The notes below the pieces were generated by a model. It was not told where the DNA came from, did not search any database, and was given only the letters and a program-made list of their open reading frames with translations. Positions 1 through 12,405 of a stretch of DNA of 64,000 nt are shown here, piece after piece. Made by a program: the position numbers and the translations under genes. The first letter of the stretch is position 1. Every line of letters begins with the position of its first letter. Source of the stretch: an uncultured delta proteobacterium (GTDB lineage Bacteria > Desulfobacterota > Binatia > UBA9968); contig CAVUVW010000017.1 of the NCBI GenBank assembly GCA_963745035.1, positions 96,001-160,000 on the forward strand. The letters are read 5' to 3'.

Positions 1-23
1 GGCCGGTGTCCTCTGCAAGCCAT
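1..23 (-). CDS. 5' end of probable YlxR/DUF448 family protein (cut by window edge)
   Basis: ATG at 23 reads MACRGHR..., just after the nusA stop; ylxR usually follows nusA. Only 7 codons are visible. Confidence 0.35.
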
Positions 24-27
24 GCCC

Positions 28-1350
<1,323 letters not shown>

Positions 1351-1370
<20 letters not shown>

Positions 1371-1839
1371 ATTCCGCGCTCCAGTCGTGCTCGTAATTCG
1401 ATTTTTCGATCACCGCGAACGGAATCTCGAAACGGGTCCCGTCTTGATTCACCGCAATCTTGTCCGGCGAAACATCCAGCAGCGGCCCCAAAAACGATCG
1501 CCGGCCCTGGATCAGCTCCCGCGTGCGCACGCGCACTCGCTTGCCGACAAACGGCTTGAAATGCTCCGGCAACTTGAGCGGCCGGTTGATGCCCGGCGAG
1601 GAGACTTCAAGGGTATAGGCCCCCTCCACCACATCATGCACGTCGAGGAGCGCGCTGAGCTCGCGGCTCACTTGGCTGAGCTCGTCCATGTTGGGCCCGC
1701 CGTCTTTGTCGAGGTAGAGCCGCAATACCCGGCCGCCCCGGCTGCCTTCGTGCCTGAGCTCGATGTCGATGATTTCCAATCCTAGCGTTTCCGCCAAAGG
1801 CGCGGCGAGTTCCCAAATGCGGGCGGTGGTCGCGTCCAT
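1351..1839 (-). CDS. rimP: Ribosome maturation factor RimP
   Basis: YTLEVSSPGINRPL motif; upstream of nusA; start taken at MDATT. Confidence 0.95.
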
Positions 1840-1854
1840 GCTTACGCCCCTAGA

Positions 1855-1882
1855 AACAAAAAAAGCGGGCATAGCCCACTTT
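1855..1882 (-). terminator. rimP leader terminator/attenuator hairpin
   Basis: Minus strand AAAGTGGGC-TAT-GCCCGCTTT followed by a T-run just upstream of rimP; typical position of the rimP-nusA leader terminator. Confidence 0.65.
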
Positions 1883-1961
1883 GAGTGCTAACTCCTAAAG
1901 TGTAAGAAAATTGATACCATAGAGAAGATCGCCAATGCAAGGCCCGGGGCCGCTCGCGCCG

Positions 1962-1989
1962 TTGAACGGCTTTCGGTATTTGCTATCAT
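1962..1989 (+). promoter_or_regulatory. Candidate sigma70 promoter for ntrB
   Basis: TTGAAC-16 nt-TATCAT with an extended -10 TG. Confidence 0.35.
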
Positions 1990-2013
1990 TCGGCTTTCTC
2001 ACCGGCGCCGATC

Positions 2014-3121
2014 ATGAAAAGTACCGTTCAAGCCAAACGCGGCTCGCCGCCGCAAATCTCCTGGGAACAGATCCTCGCCAACCTCGACGACGGCGTGATC
2101 GCGCTCGACGCGGGCGGCAAAGTGATTTTTTTCAACGAAGCTTCGGAGATCCTCACCGACATTTCGTCGGCCGCCGCGCTCGGACAAACGCTGGAAAAAA
2201 TTTTCAAGCGCGAGCCTTGGCTGGTCGAGCTGATCAAGCCGAACTCATGCGCCGCGCCACAGGCGCGCCAGCGCCGAGGGGGATTTTATCAGCCGCTGGG
2301 GGAAAAAAATTCCCGTCGGTGCCACGGTCTCGCCGCTGCAGGATCGCCACGGCCATTTCGTCGGCACCGTCTTGCTGCTGCGCGATATCAAACGCCGCAA
2401 AGAACTGGAAGAAGATTTAAAGCGCGCTGATCGGCTGGCGCTCATGGGCACCCTCGCCGCCGGTTTGGCGCACGAAGTGCGCAACCCGCTCGGCGGCATC
2501 AAAGGCGCCGCCCAGCTACTACGCCGTTCGGTCGATGGTGATGTTTCGGTGCGCGAGTTCACCGACATCATGATTCGCGAGGTCGATCGGGTAAATCAGC
2601 TGATCGAGCAATTGCTCGACCTTTCCCGCCCGGCCGATCTCGAACTCACGCCCGTCAATATTCATGAGATCTTCGACGACGTATTGCTTTTGGAATCCCA
2701 GGCCGTCGGCGACAAAGAGCTTCAGGTGAAAAAGCGGTTCGACCCAAGCTTGCCGCCCATTCGCGGCGATCGGGCCCGCCTCACCCAGGTTTTTTTGAAT
2801 CTGGTGAAAAACGCCTTTCAGGCGATGGAGCGGGGCGCCCTGGTCGTGACCACTCGGCTTGAGACCGATTACCACGTCCGCGGGCACGGCACCTCGCGCA
2901 ATCGCTTCATCTGGGTCGATCTCGCCGACGAGGGCGCGGGCATCCGCGAAGCGGATCTGCCGCACATTTTCTCGCCGTTCTTTACCACCAAGAACAACGG
3001 CACCGGGCTCGGTCTGGCGACCTGCTATCGCATCATCAAAGAGCACGGCGGGACCATTCGGGTCGAAAGCACGGAGGGCGAAGGAAGCACTTTTCGCGTG
3101 TCCTTGGTGGTGGCGGACTGA
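2014..3121 (+). CDS. ntrB: PAS-domain sensor histidine kinase, NtrB/GlnL-like (frameshifted around 2250-2310)
   Basis: PAS N-terminus in ORF 2014; H-box LAHEVRNPLGGIKGAAQLL, DPSLPP, N-box NLVKNA and G-boxes DEGAG/GTGLGL in ORF 2372-3121. Confidence 0.8.
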
Positions 3122-3123
3122 CG

Positions 3124-4570
<1,447 letters not shown>

Positions 4571-4576
4571 ACGTAT

Positions 4577-5206
4577 ATGCCGCTCGAAGTCGCGCCGCTC
4601 TACGCTATTCTCGACCCGGAACAAACCGCCGGCCGCAATCCAGGCCAAGTGCTCGGCGAACTGTTGGAGGGCGGCGTCCAGTGGCTGCAGCTCCGCGTCA
4701 AGTCGCTCGCGCCGGTGGAATTTTTTGAGCTCGCGCGCCGCGCCCGCTCGGAGACCCGCGCCCACGGCTGCGCCCTTATCATCAACGATCGGGTCGATAT
4801 CGCGCTAGCCTGCGACGCCGACGGCGTCCATCTCGGCCAGGACGACTTGCCGCTCGCCGCCGGCAGAAAACTCATGGGCGGGAAGATCGTCGGCATCTCG
4901 ACCCATGATCTGGAGCAGGCGCGCGCGGCGGAACGAGACGGCGCCGACTACATCGGCTTCGGCCCGATGTTCGGCACGTTCACGAAGAATACCGGTTACG
5001 ACGCCCGCGGCGTGGAAATGCTCCGGCAAATTCGCGCCGGCGTAGATCTGCCGATCGTCGCCATCGGCGGCATCAACGAGCAGAACGTCGAGCGGGTTTG
5101 GCAGGCAGGCGCAAACTCCGCCGCGATCATCAGCGACATCCTGCGCGCCGAGAACATCGCCGCCAAGGTTGCGCGAATTTTACGGCGGGCCAGCGCGCAG
5201 CAGTGA
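4577..5206 (+). CDS. thiE: Thiamine-phosphate synthase
   Basis: QLRVK, LIINDRVD, DGVHLGQDD, GISTH, VAIGGI motifs. Confidence 0.93.
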   Translation: MPLEVAPLYAILDPEQTAGRNPGQVLGELLEGGVQWLQLRVKSLAPVEFFELARRARSETRAHGCALIINDRVDIALACDADGVHLGQDDLPLAAGRKLMGGKIVGISTHDLEQARAAERDGADYIGFGPMFGTFTKNTGYDARGVEMLRQIRAGVDLPIVAIGGINEQNVERVWQAGANSAAIISDILRAENIAAKVARILRRASAQQ

Positions 5207-5224
5207 ATCTTCAACGGGATCACC

Positions 5225-5704
5225 ATGAATGTATGCGGTTTTGCCCATGCACCGGAAGAGCGCTATTTTGAAGACTACATCCCCGGAGCGGTGCATGAAT
5301 TCGGCGCCATCGCGGTCGATGAAGAAGAAGTCATCGAATTCGGCCGGCGTTTCGTGCCGCTCTCCTACCACGTCGACAAAGAAGCGGCAAAAAGCAGCAT
5401 CTACGGCGGCGTGATCGCGAGCGGCTGGCACACCGCGGCGTTGATGATGCGGATCTATACCGAAAACTACCTTTCCAGAGTCGCCAATCTGGGCTCGCCG
5501 GGCGGCGACGAGCTGCGCTGGGACAAGCCGGTTTTTCCCGGCGATGAATTGTCCGTGCGCGCCACCGTCCTGGAGACCCGCCGCTCCGCATCCCGCCCCG
5601 ATCGCGGCATCATCCGAACTTTTATTGAAGTGCTGAATCAGAAGCGCGAAGTGGTGATGAGCATGAAAATGGTCAACTTTGTGCGCTGTCGTGAGCTTCG
5701 TTAA
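5225..5704 (+). CDS. MaoC-family (hotdog fold) dehydratase
   Basis: YFED, H-x-D, GVIASGWHT, LRWDKPVFPGD. Confidence 0.85.
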   Translation: MNVCGFAHAPEERYFEDYIPGAVHEFGAIAVDEEEVIEFGRRFVPLSYHVDKEAAKSSIYGGVIASGWHTAALMMRIYTENYLSRVANLGSPGGDELRWDKPVFPGDELSVRATVLETRRSASRPDRGIIRTFIEVLNQKREVVMSMKMVNFVRCRELR

Positions 5705-5794
5705 CCGCGGCTGCTAGTCAGGAACACAATCGGTATCTTCGGCAATTCGTCTTTCGATTCGGCAGAGTCAAAGAACGGTTGGAATGGTTGTTCG

Positions 5795-6683
5795 TCAGAA
5801 ATTCTCCCGCACCCGCAAGTAACTGACAAACCTCGGCAAGCCGGTTTTTGTCAGGCCGCGATAGGTGTACGTGATCGTCGTTCCCACCGGCGGCGGATTC
5901 TTGCGGACTTCATCGGTAAACCCGGTGCCAATCAGGAACTCTTTGCCGTCGCTCGCGCGCACGCGCAGCGCGCCCATCATGCCCTGATACTTTCCTTTGC
6001 CGGGCACATGGTCGATCACCACCGCCTCGGTGTCCTGCTGCGGCTTTACTTTGATCAGCACGTCGCTCCGCCCGGTCACGTAGAGAGCGTCGGCCAGATG
6101 CAGCATGAGCCCTTCGCCGCCGCGCCGCACCACTTCGTCGAGCCTGCGCTTGAGCGCGGCGCGGTCGGCGACGCGAAACTGCTCCACCGCGACGAGCTGC
6201 GGCCACTGCGTCGTGGCGACGATTTCGCGAATGCGCCGGGCGCGTTCGGCGAACGTGCCGGAGGCATTCGGCAGCTCGAAAACCATATATTTGACTTGCC
6301 GCCATTCGTCGTCCACCGGCTCGGTTTTGCGCACGATGCCCGAGAGCGCGTCGAAGCGCCCGCGCGCCAGCCAAAGCTCGCCGTCCAGCGCCGGCGCCGG
6401 CAGCTTGGCGATGAACCACGCCGGCGCGCTGACCGGACGGCCGCTGCGAAAACGCAGCGCTTTACCGTCCCATATGGCGCGCGCCCCGTCGAACTTTTCG
6501 CTGATCAGATACTTGGCCGGATCGATGTTGCGGACCGAGCTCGTTGGCAAGCAGCAACGGCGGCGCCGGGACCGTCTCGCCCGCATCAGCAACACCTGCG
6601 CAGCATGATATGGCGACTAGAACAACAATTACGAATCTATGGAAGGAATTCAGCGGCAAGATCAGCCCGTGGCGTATGCGCAT
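5795..6683 (-). CDS. Minimal ATP-dependent DNA ligase with N-terminal signal peptide (LigE type; frameshift near 6530)
   Basis: Motif I SEKFDGARA, LDGELW, EGLMLH, LIKVK, OB fold IGTGF...PRF; hydrophobic leader FVIVVLVAISCCAGVADA in ORF 6462-6683. Confidence 0.85.
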
Positions 6684-6740
6684 GTGCGGTTGAAATAGGT
6701 GCGGCGCTAAAATTACGATCCAACCAGCGCGGCGGTATGT

Positions 6741-8117
6741 TTATGCTTCATCGACATCGTCGAGACCGTAAGCGTCTCGTTCTGTATAGTTTTCAAAGCG
6801 GGTGTATTCGCCAAGGAACGTCAGAGTGATAGTGCCGGTAGGACCATTGCGCTGTTTCTCGATAATGACTTCGGCTTTGCCCTTCACATCATCGTTGTTT
6901 CTGTCATAAAGCTCTTCTCGGTAGATGAACATGATCACGTCGGCGTCTTGCTCGATAGCGCCTGATTCACGCAAGTCGGACATCTGCGGCCGCCTTCCGG
7001 TTCGATCCTCCACTTTGCGGTTAAGCTGCGATAGCGCGATCACGGGAACGTTCAACTCTTTCGCGAGCGCTTTCAGAGAGCGGGAAATTTCAGAAATTTC
7101 CTGCTCGCGATTGTTGGCACCACCCATGCCGCGCATGAGTTGCAGATAATCGACTACGATCAAGCCGACCTTTTTCGAGCGGTCGCGCAGCAGTCGGCGC
7201 GCCTTGGCGCGGAGTTCGAGCACGGAAATCGCCGGCGTGTCGTCGATATAAATCGGCGCTTCGTGCAATCGCCCCGCCGCTTTGGCGAGCTGCGGGAAAT
7301 CGCGCTCGCCCAAGTAGCCGGATCGGACTTTAGAGCTGTTCACCCGCGCTTCCGAGCAGAGCATGCGCAACACCAACTGCTCTTTGGCCATTTCCAAAGA
7401 AAAGACCGCAGCGCCCACGCCGCCATATGCGGCATTGGCGGCGATGTTGAGAGCGAACGCGGTCTTCCCCATGCCCGGCCGGCCTGCGACGATGATGAGC
7501 TCGGCGGGTTGAAGCCCCGCGGTGATCTTGTCGAGATCTTCGTAACCGGTGGGCACTCCGGTGACCATCTCCTTTCGCTGATACAACTTGTCGATGGTTT
7601 TAAGCGTGTCGGTGATCATGTCGCCGACGGCGACGAACGACGCTTTGATTTTTTTCTCGGAAATGTCGAAGATGACCTTCTCGGCGGTATCGAGAAACTC
7701 CTCGACGTTGCCTTGTTCTTCGTAGCCGCGGGTGGCGATCTCGGTGGCGGTGCTGATCAGGCTGCGTAGGATAGCCTTCTCGCGCACGATGCGGGCGTAG
7801 TAAGCAATATTCGCGGCGGTCGGCACGAAGTCCGCCAAGGACGCGAGGTATGCCGTGCCGCCGACGGCTTCCAGCTCGTTGCGGCTCTTGAGAAACTCGC
7901 TCAAGGTGATCAGATCCACCGGTTCGCTGCGATCGGTGATGTCGATCATCGCGCGTAAAATCTTACGATGCGATTCCCGGTAAAAATCTTCAGGCCGAAG
8001 TAGCTCGAGCACCTGATTGATCGCCTCGTTCTCCAGCAAGATGCCGCCCAGCACCGAGGACTCGGCTTCGAGATTTTGCGGCGGCACTTTGCGAAGATTG
8101 TCGTCGAGAGCGGCCAT
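6741..8117 (-). CDS. dnaB: Replicative DNA helicase
   Basis: PPQNLEAE N-terminus, [34 protein letters not shown]. Confidence 0.98.
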   Translation of the reverse strand: MAALDDNLRKVPPQNLEAESSVLGGILLENEAINQVLELLRPEDFYRESHRKILRAMIDITDRSEPVDLITLSEFLKSRNELEAVGGTAYLASLADFVPTAANIAYYARIVREKAILRSLISTATEIATRGYEEQGNVEEFLDTAEKVIFDISEKKIKASFVAVGDMITDTLKTIDKLYQRKEMVTGVPTGYEDLDKITAGLQPAELIIVAGRPGMGKTAFALNIAANAAYGGVGAAVFSLEMAKEQLVLRMLCSEARVNSSKVRSGYLGERDFPQLAKAAGRLHEAPIYIDDTPAISVLELRAKARRLLRDRSKKVGLIVVDYLQLMRGMGGANNREQEISEISRSLKALAKELNVPVIALSQLNRKVEDRTGRRPQMSDLRESGAIEQDADVIMFIYREELYDRNNDDVKGKAEVIIEKQRNGPTGTITLTFLGEYTRFENYTERDAYGLDDVDEA

Positions 8118-8176
8118 CGTCTACTTCAACGGATTGGGTAAAGTGAAAGATACGTTCACAAAACTTCCATGAAAGA

Positions 8177-8358
8177 TGTGAATCATCAGCTTCGCCCGGG
8201 CCGCTCAAAAAAGCAAGAAATTTTTTCGTCGAGTCGCAAAAAATTCTTTTGAAATATTTTTCCACAGTAACGAACAAGTTGACGAGCCGCTCGGCGCCGC
8301 GACGTGTGGGCAGCGCCTCATGAATTCCATTCACAACTTCTCCACAGGCTTGTTCACA
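8177..8358. promoter_or_regulatory. Cluster of DnaA-box-like 9-mers with AT-rich tract (oriC-like or DnaA-regulated dnaB promoter)
   Basis: TTTTCCACA (8258-8266) matches TTWTNCACA; near matches CCATTCACA (8327), TTCTCCACA (8338), TTGTTCACA (8350) and reverse TGTGAATCA (8177); AT-rich stretch about 8207-8260. Confidence 0.55.
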
Positions 8359-8478
8359 CACTAACGCGCCGATTGATTTCAGGCCGGCGATGCACGCGCC
8401 TTTCCACGGCAGCGACTCGTTTTGGCTTATTGGGCGGAAAAAGCCGATTGCCGGTGCACGCCGGAGAGAAACTCGATG

Positions 8479-8835
8479 CTAGGCTTTGAGATATTCGACT
8501 TTGACCGTGGTATGGATGCCGCCGCGCACGTTGAAGTCGCCGACGACGGTCATTTTGCGCGGCTGGCATGCTTGCACTAAGTCGTCGAGGATTTTGTTGA
8601 TGACCGCTTCATGGAAGGCGCCTTCATTGCGATAGGACCAAATGTAGAGCTTCAGTGATTTTAACTCGACGCAAACCTTGTCGGGCACGTAGTTGATGCG
8701 AATCGTGGCGAAATCCGGCTGGCCGGTGCGCGGACATAGGCAGGTAAACTCCGGGCACTCCATGTTGATCTCGTAATCGCGCTCCGGGCGAGGGTTGGGA
8801 AAGGTCTCCAGCGCTTTGCTGGGCAAGGTCGCCAT
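8479..8835 (-). CDS. queF: NADPH-dependent 7-cyano-7-deazaguanine (preQ0) reductase, short type
   Basis: [32 protein letters not shown]. Confidence 0.95.
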   Translation of the reverse strand: MATLPSKALETFPNPRPERDYEINMECPEFTCLCPRTGQPDFATIRINYVPDKVCVELKSLKLYIWSYRNEGAFHEAVINKILDDLVQACQPRKMTVVGDFNVRGGIHTTVKVEYLKA

Positions 8836-8954
8836 CGTCCGATCTTAGCGCGCCGCAAATGTATTTCCAAATCGCCAACTTACCTTGACTTGAAAATGGG
8901 CCGGTGATACCCAAAAGCAAATCTTCAGCGCCCGTTTCGAGTTTCCAGGAGGTT

Positions 8955-9752
8955 ATGGTGAGCAAGCCTAAAGAACCCAAGGCCGGCGAAAAGCTAACGG
9001 AACAAGAGGCGAAAGCCTACGTCGACTATCTTTACTCGACGCTTTACAAGTACGCGCACGAGAAAATCTACAAGGGCGCCTTCATGACGCAGTTGCGTGA
9101 CGGCAAACTGCCGCTGCCCGTGATGCGTCAGTTCTTCAAAAACTGGGGCCATTTCTCCTTGGAGGTGAACGCGCTCAACGCGGTTTCCTACTACACGCAC
9201 CTGCCTTTTTTCGTGCGCAATTTCGACCTGCTCGGTCCGTTCTGCGCCAAGATCGCCGACGAGCTCATTTCTCCCCGGGCGCCGGGTCACGTATTGGTGC
9301 TGCTCCAGACCGCGGAAAAGATGGGCCTCAACAAAAAAGAGGTGTTGGAAGATCCCTATCTCCCGGCGGCCCGCGCAATCAACGATTATTGTCACAAGAT
9401 TTTCATCGACGGCTCGATTGTCGAGCTATGGGGGCTGCACGTTTTCGAAGAGTCGCTCTCCATGTGGTCGGGACAGTGGTTCACTGCCCTCACCACGCAT
9501 TACGGCTTCAGCAAACCGGACGCCATCTATTTTTCCACCCACGAAGAAGCGGACATGGATACCCACAAGCTCGGCGAGGACGGCGAGGAGGCCATGGGAC
9601 ACGGCGCCTTTAATCGCACAGTACTGACCCGCGCGCTCCAGGAAAGCGTCGAATTTCGCACCGGCTATTCGATCGAATACTGCGCAATGACGATGGTCGA
9701 CCTACACGCTCAGATGAAACAGGCGGCGCTGGATAATCCCTATGGAACTTGA
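8955..9752 (+). CDS. Heme-oxygenase-like diiron oxidase (HDO; PqqC/CADD/TenA-like fold)
   Basis: GGAGG RBS before ATG 8955; E...H (DELISPRAPGH), FEE and YFSTHEEADMDTH diiron ligand pattern. Confidence 0.7.
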   Translation: MVSKPKEPKAGEKLTEQEAKAYVDYLYSTLYKYAHEKIYKGAFMTQLRDGKLPLPVMRQFFKNWGHFSLEVNALNAVSYYTHLPFFVRNFDLLGPFCAKIADELISPRAPGHVLVLLQTAEKMGLNKKEVLEDPYLPAARAINDYCHKIFIDGSIVELWGLHVFEESLSMWSGQWFTALTTHYGFSKPDAIYFSTHEEADMDTHKLGEDGEEAMGHGAFNRTVLTRALQESVEFRTGYSIEYCAMTMVDLHAQMKQAALDNPYGT

Positions 9753-9782
9753 CGGGGACGGCGCCGAATATCTTAACACTAG

Positions 9783-11507
9783 ATGACTGACAACGAACTC
9801 GAACCTCTGCGCCCCATCCTCGCCGAGTTGGCGCCGCAGGGCCGCCCCGCGCTCTTGCCAGCCTTGCACGCCGCGCAGCGTTTTCATGGCTGGCTGTCCG
9901 AGCCGGTTGTGGCGGAAGTGGCCCGCGCATTGGGTGTCCCGCTGGCCGACGTGTATGGTGTTATCGAATTCTACGCCATGTTCTACCGGCACCCGGTGGG
10001 CCGGACTATGGTACGCGTCTGCAGCGCGCCGGTGTGCGCTGTGGCGGGAGCCGAGGCGGTGGCGGAGTCGCTATGCCGTCACTTGAAAGTCGCATCGGAT
10101 CAAGTCACTGTGGACGGCGCGTTTACGGTCGAGCATGCGCCTTGCCTGGGCTTGTGCGACCGCACGCCCGCGCTGCTCGTCGGCGAAGTCGCTGTTGGCC
10201 ATGCTGCGCCCGAGCAAGCGGCCGCGATCTGTGCGGTAAGCAGCGACGAGACAGTGAGCTTTGTCGGCGGCGACATCCGCATCCTCACGAGCAATTGCGG
10301 CCAAGGTCGGCCCACGTCCCTCGCCGACTATCAAGCAACCGGCGGTTATACCGGACTCAAAAAGGCTTTGACGATGACGCCGCAAGCTGTGCTCGGCGAA
10401 GTGAAGACCGCGGGACTGGTCGGCCGCGGCGGCGCGGCATTTCCCACCGGCATCAAGTGGGAAGGAGCGGCAAATGCGCCGGGCCAACCCAAGTATATCG
10501 TCTGCAACGCCGACGAGTCCGAGCCTGGAACCTTCAAAGACCGAATTCTCATGGAGGAGGATCCGCACCGAACTATTGAAGGCATGACCATCGCGGCTTA
10601 TGCCGTAGGCGCGAGTCGAGGTTATATCTACATACGCGGAGAATACCCGTACGCCTTCAAAGTCATGACCGAAGCGGTAGCCGAAGCACGGCAGGCCGGC
10701 GCCATCGGTAAGAATATTTTCGGTTCTAAATTGGACTTCGACATTGAAATGCGCCTCGGCGCCGGCGCCTACATTTGCGGCGAGGAAACCGCGCTCCTCG
10801 AATCCATCGAAGGCAAGCGCGGCTTGCCGCGCATCAAGCCGCCCTTTCCGACTACTCACGGACTATTCGGCAAGCCCACGGTCATTAACAACGTGGAAAC
10901 TTTCTGCAACATCCCGCTGATCGTCGAACGCGGCGCGACAGAGTATCGAAAACTGGGCACGGAAAAATCTCCCGGCCCGAAGCTCTTCTGCGTGTCCGGG
11001 AAGGTTCAGCGACCTGGCCTCTACGAAGTGCCGTTCGGTGTGACCTTGCGTCATTTGCTTTTCGATTTGGCGGGCGGGTTAAAGCCGGGGCGCAAGCTTC
11101 AAGCCGTGCTCATGGGCGGCGCCGCCGGCGCATTTGCCCTTGAGAAAGACCTGGACGTGATTCTTTCCTTCGAGAGCCTGAGCGCGGCGGGGTTGCCGCT
11201 CGGCTCCGGCGCAGTTATGCTTTTCGATGATAGCGCGGACATGCGCGACGTGCTGAAGCGACTAGCGCATTTCTTTGCCGACGAAAGCTGCGGCAAGTGT
11301 TATCCTTGCCAGCTCGGCGCGCGCCGGCAATATGAAATTCTCCAGCGCACCGCGGCCGGACATCCGCTCGCCGGCGACCGCGAACGGCTATCGGACGTGG
11401 GCGCGACGATGATCGATGCCTCGCTCTGCGGCTTGGGCCAGACGGCGGCCACGGCGGTCTTGAGCGCGATGAAACTCTGGCCAGAAATGTTCGATGCGCG
11501 GAAATAG
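9783..11507 (+). CDS. NuoE+NuoF fusion (FdsG/FdsB-like diaphorase subunit of NAD-linked formate dehydrogenase)
   Basis: N-terminal 2Fe-2S (CSAPVC...CLGLC), [42 protein letters not shown]...C. Confidence 0.9.
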   Translation: MTDNELEPLRPILAELAPQGRPALLPALHAAQRFHGWLSEPVVAEVARALGVPLADVYGVIEFYAMFYRHPVGRTMVRVCSAPVCAVAGAEAVAESLCRHLKVASDQVTVDGAFTVEHAPCLGLCDRTPALLVGEVAVGHAAPEQAAAICAVSSDETVSFVGGDIRILTSNCGQGRPTSLADYQATGGYTGLKKALTMTPQAVLGEVKTAGLVGRGGAAFPTGIKWEGAANAPGQPKYIVCNADESEPGTFKDRILMEEDPHRTIEGMTIAAYAVGASRGYIYIRGEYPYAFKVMTEAVAEARQAGAIGKNIFGSKLDFDIEMRLGAGAYICGEETALLESIEGKRGLPRIKPPFPTTHGLFGKPTVINNVETFCNIPLIVERGATEYRKLGTEKSPGPKLFCVSGKVQRPGLYEVPFGVTLRHLLFDLAGGLKPGRKLQAVLMGGAAGAFALEKDLDVILSFESLSAAGLPLGSGAVMLFDDSADMRDVLKRLAHFFADESCGKCYPCQLGARRQYEILQRTAAGHPLAGDRERLSDVGATMIDASLCGLGQTAATAVLSAMKLWPEMFDARK

Positions 11508-11522
11508 GATTCAGCACACGGA

Positions 11523-11658
11523 GGAGTGATGGATTATTGGAGTAATGGAGTGATGCTTTCCGGACCCAACACTCCAGTACTCCATCACTCCAATACACGA
11601 AGAGCACGAAGTTCGGAGTTTTGATGATGCAAAACCTTCGTGCCCTTCGTGGTGAAAT
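11523..11658. repeat. Composite intergenic inverted tandem-repeat element (8-mer hairpin plus 9-mer hairpin)
   Basis: GGAGTGAT/GGATTATT/GGAGTAAT/GGAGTGAT opposite ACACTCCA/GTACTCCA/TCACTCCA; then CACGAAGAGCACGAAG opposite CTTCGTGCCCTTCGTG. Confidence 0.8.
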
Positions 11659-11703
11659 GATCCGGGTGCTTGACCTAGGTACCGCTTAATCGCAGGATTA
11701 CTT

Positions 11704-12405
11704 ATGCCCGATGTCACACTCACGATCGACGGTACTTCAGTCACCGTGCCCGCTGGGACAACGATCCTCAAGGCGGCGGAGCAGGTCGACCGGCATGTTC
11801 CAACCATTTGCTATCACGACCACTGCACGGCGAACGGCCTGTGCCGTATCTGCGTGGTCGAAGTTGACGGAGTAAGACCGCTCCTTCCGGCATGCCTGAG
11901 CCGTGTGAGCGATGGCATGAAAGTTTCCACGTCGAGCGCGCGCGCCGAGCGCAGCCGCCGGACGATTCTCGAGATGCTCGCCTCCGCCGTCGATCTCTCC
12001 GAATCACCCGAGATTCAAAAATTCATCGATGATTATCGCGCCGACCGCGCGCGCTTTCCGGAGGCGAAGCGGCGCGAGGCACCCGTTCTCGATGACAATC
12101 CGATGTATCTTCGCGATTATGACAAGTGCATCTTGTGCTGGCGCTGCGTTCAAGTCTGCGCCGAGGACGCACAGTTTACCTACGCGATCAATTTCAAGGG
12201 GCGCGGCTTCGACACCGGCATCGGCACCTTCTTCGACAAGCCCATGCCGGAAACGACCTGCGTGTTCTGCGGCCAATGCGTCGGCGTCTGCCCCACCGGA
12301 GCGCTCAAGCCCAAGCGCGAGGCGATGCTCGAGCAGGGCATTTCATTAGATGAAATCTTGCAAGCGAGCAGGGCCGGCAGGAAGCGCCGGAGAAAGTCAC
12401 CATGA
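11704..12405 (+). CDS. Fe-S subunit (2Fe-2S plus 2x4Fe-4S), equivalent to the FdsA/NuoG N-terminus
   Basis: PTICY...CRICVVE...[24 protein letters not shown]. Confidence 0.9.
   Translation: MPDVTLTIDGTSVTVPAGTTILKAAEQVDRHVPTICYHDHCTANGLCRICVVEVDGVRPLLPACLSRVSDGMKVSTSSARAERSRRTILEMLASAVDLSESPEIQKFIDDYRADRARFPEAKRREAPVLDDNPMYLRDYDKCILCWRCVQVCAEDAQFTYAINFKGRGFDTGIGTFFDKPMPETTCVFCGQCVGVCPTGALKPKREAMLEQGISLDEILQASRAGRKRRRKSP

Noticed and set aside
9783-11507. Respiratory complex I or an electron-bifurcating hydrogenase operon
   Set aside because: No other nuo or hydrogenase genes; the context is formate dehydrogenase and the extra HydB-type clusters are absent.
11523-11658. Possible CRISPR array in the short intergenic repeats
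   Set aside because: Units are 7-9 bp, tandem and inverted, with no unique spacers between identical 25-40 bp repeats; no cas genes.
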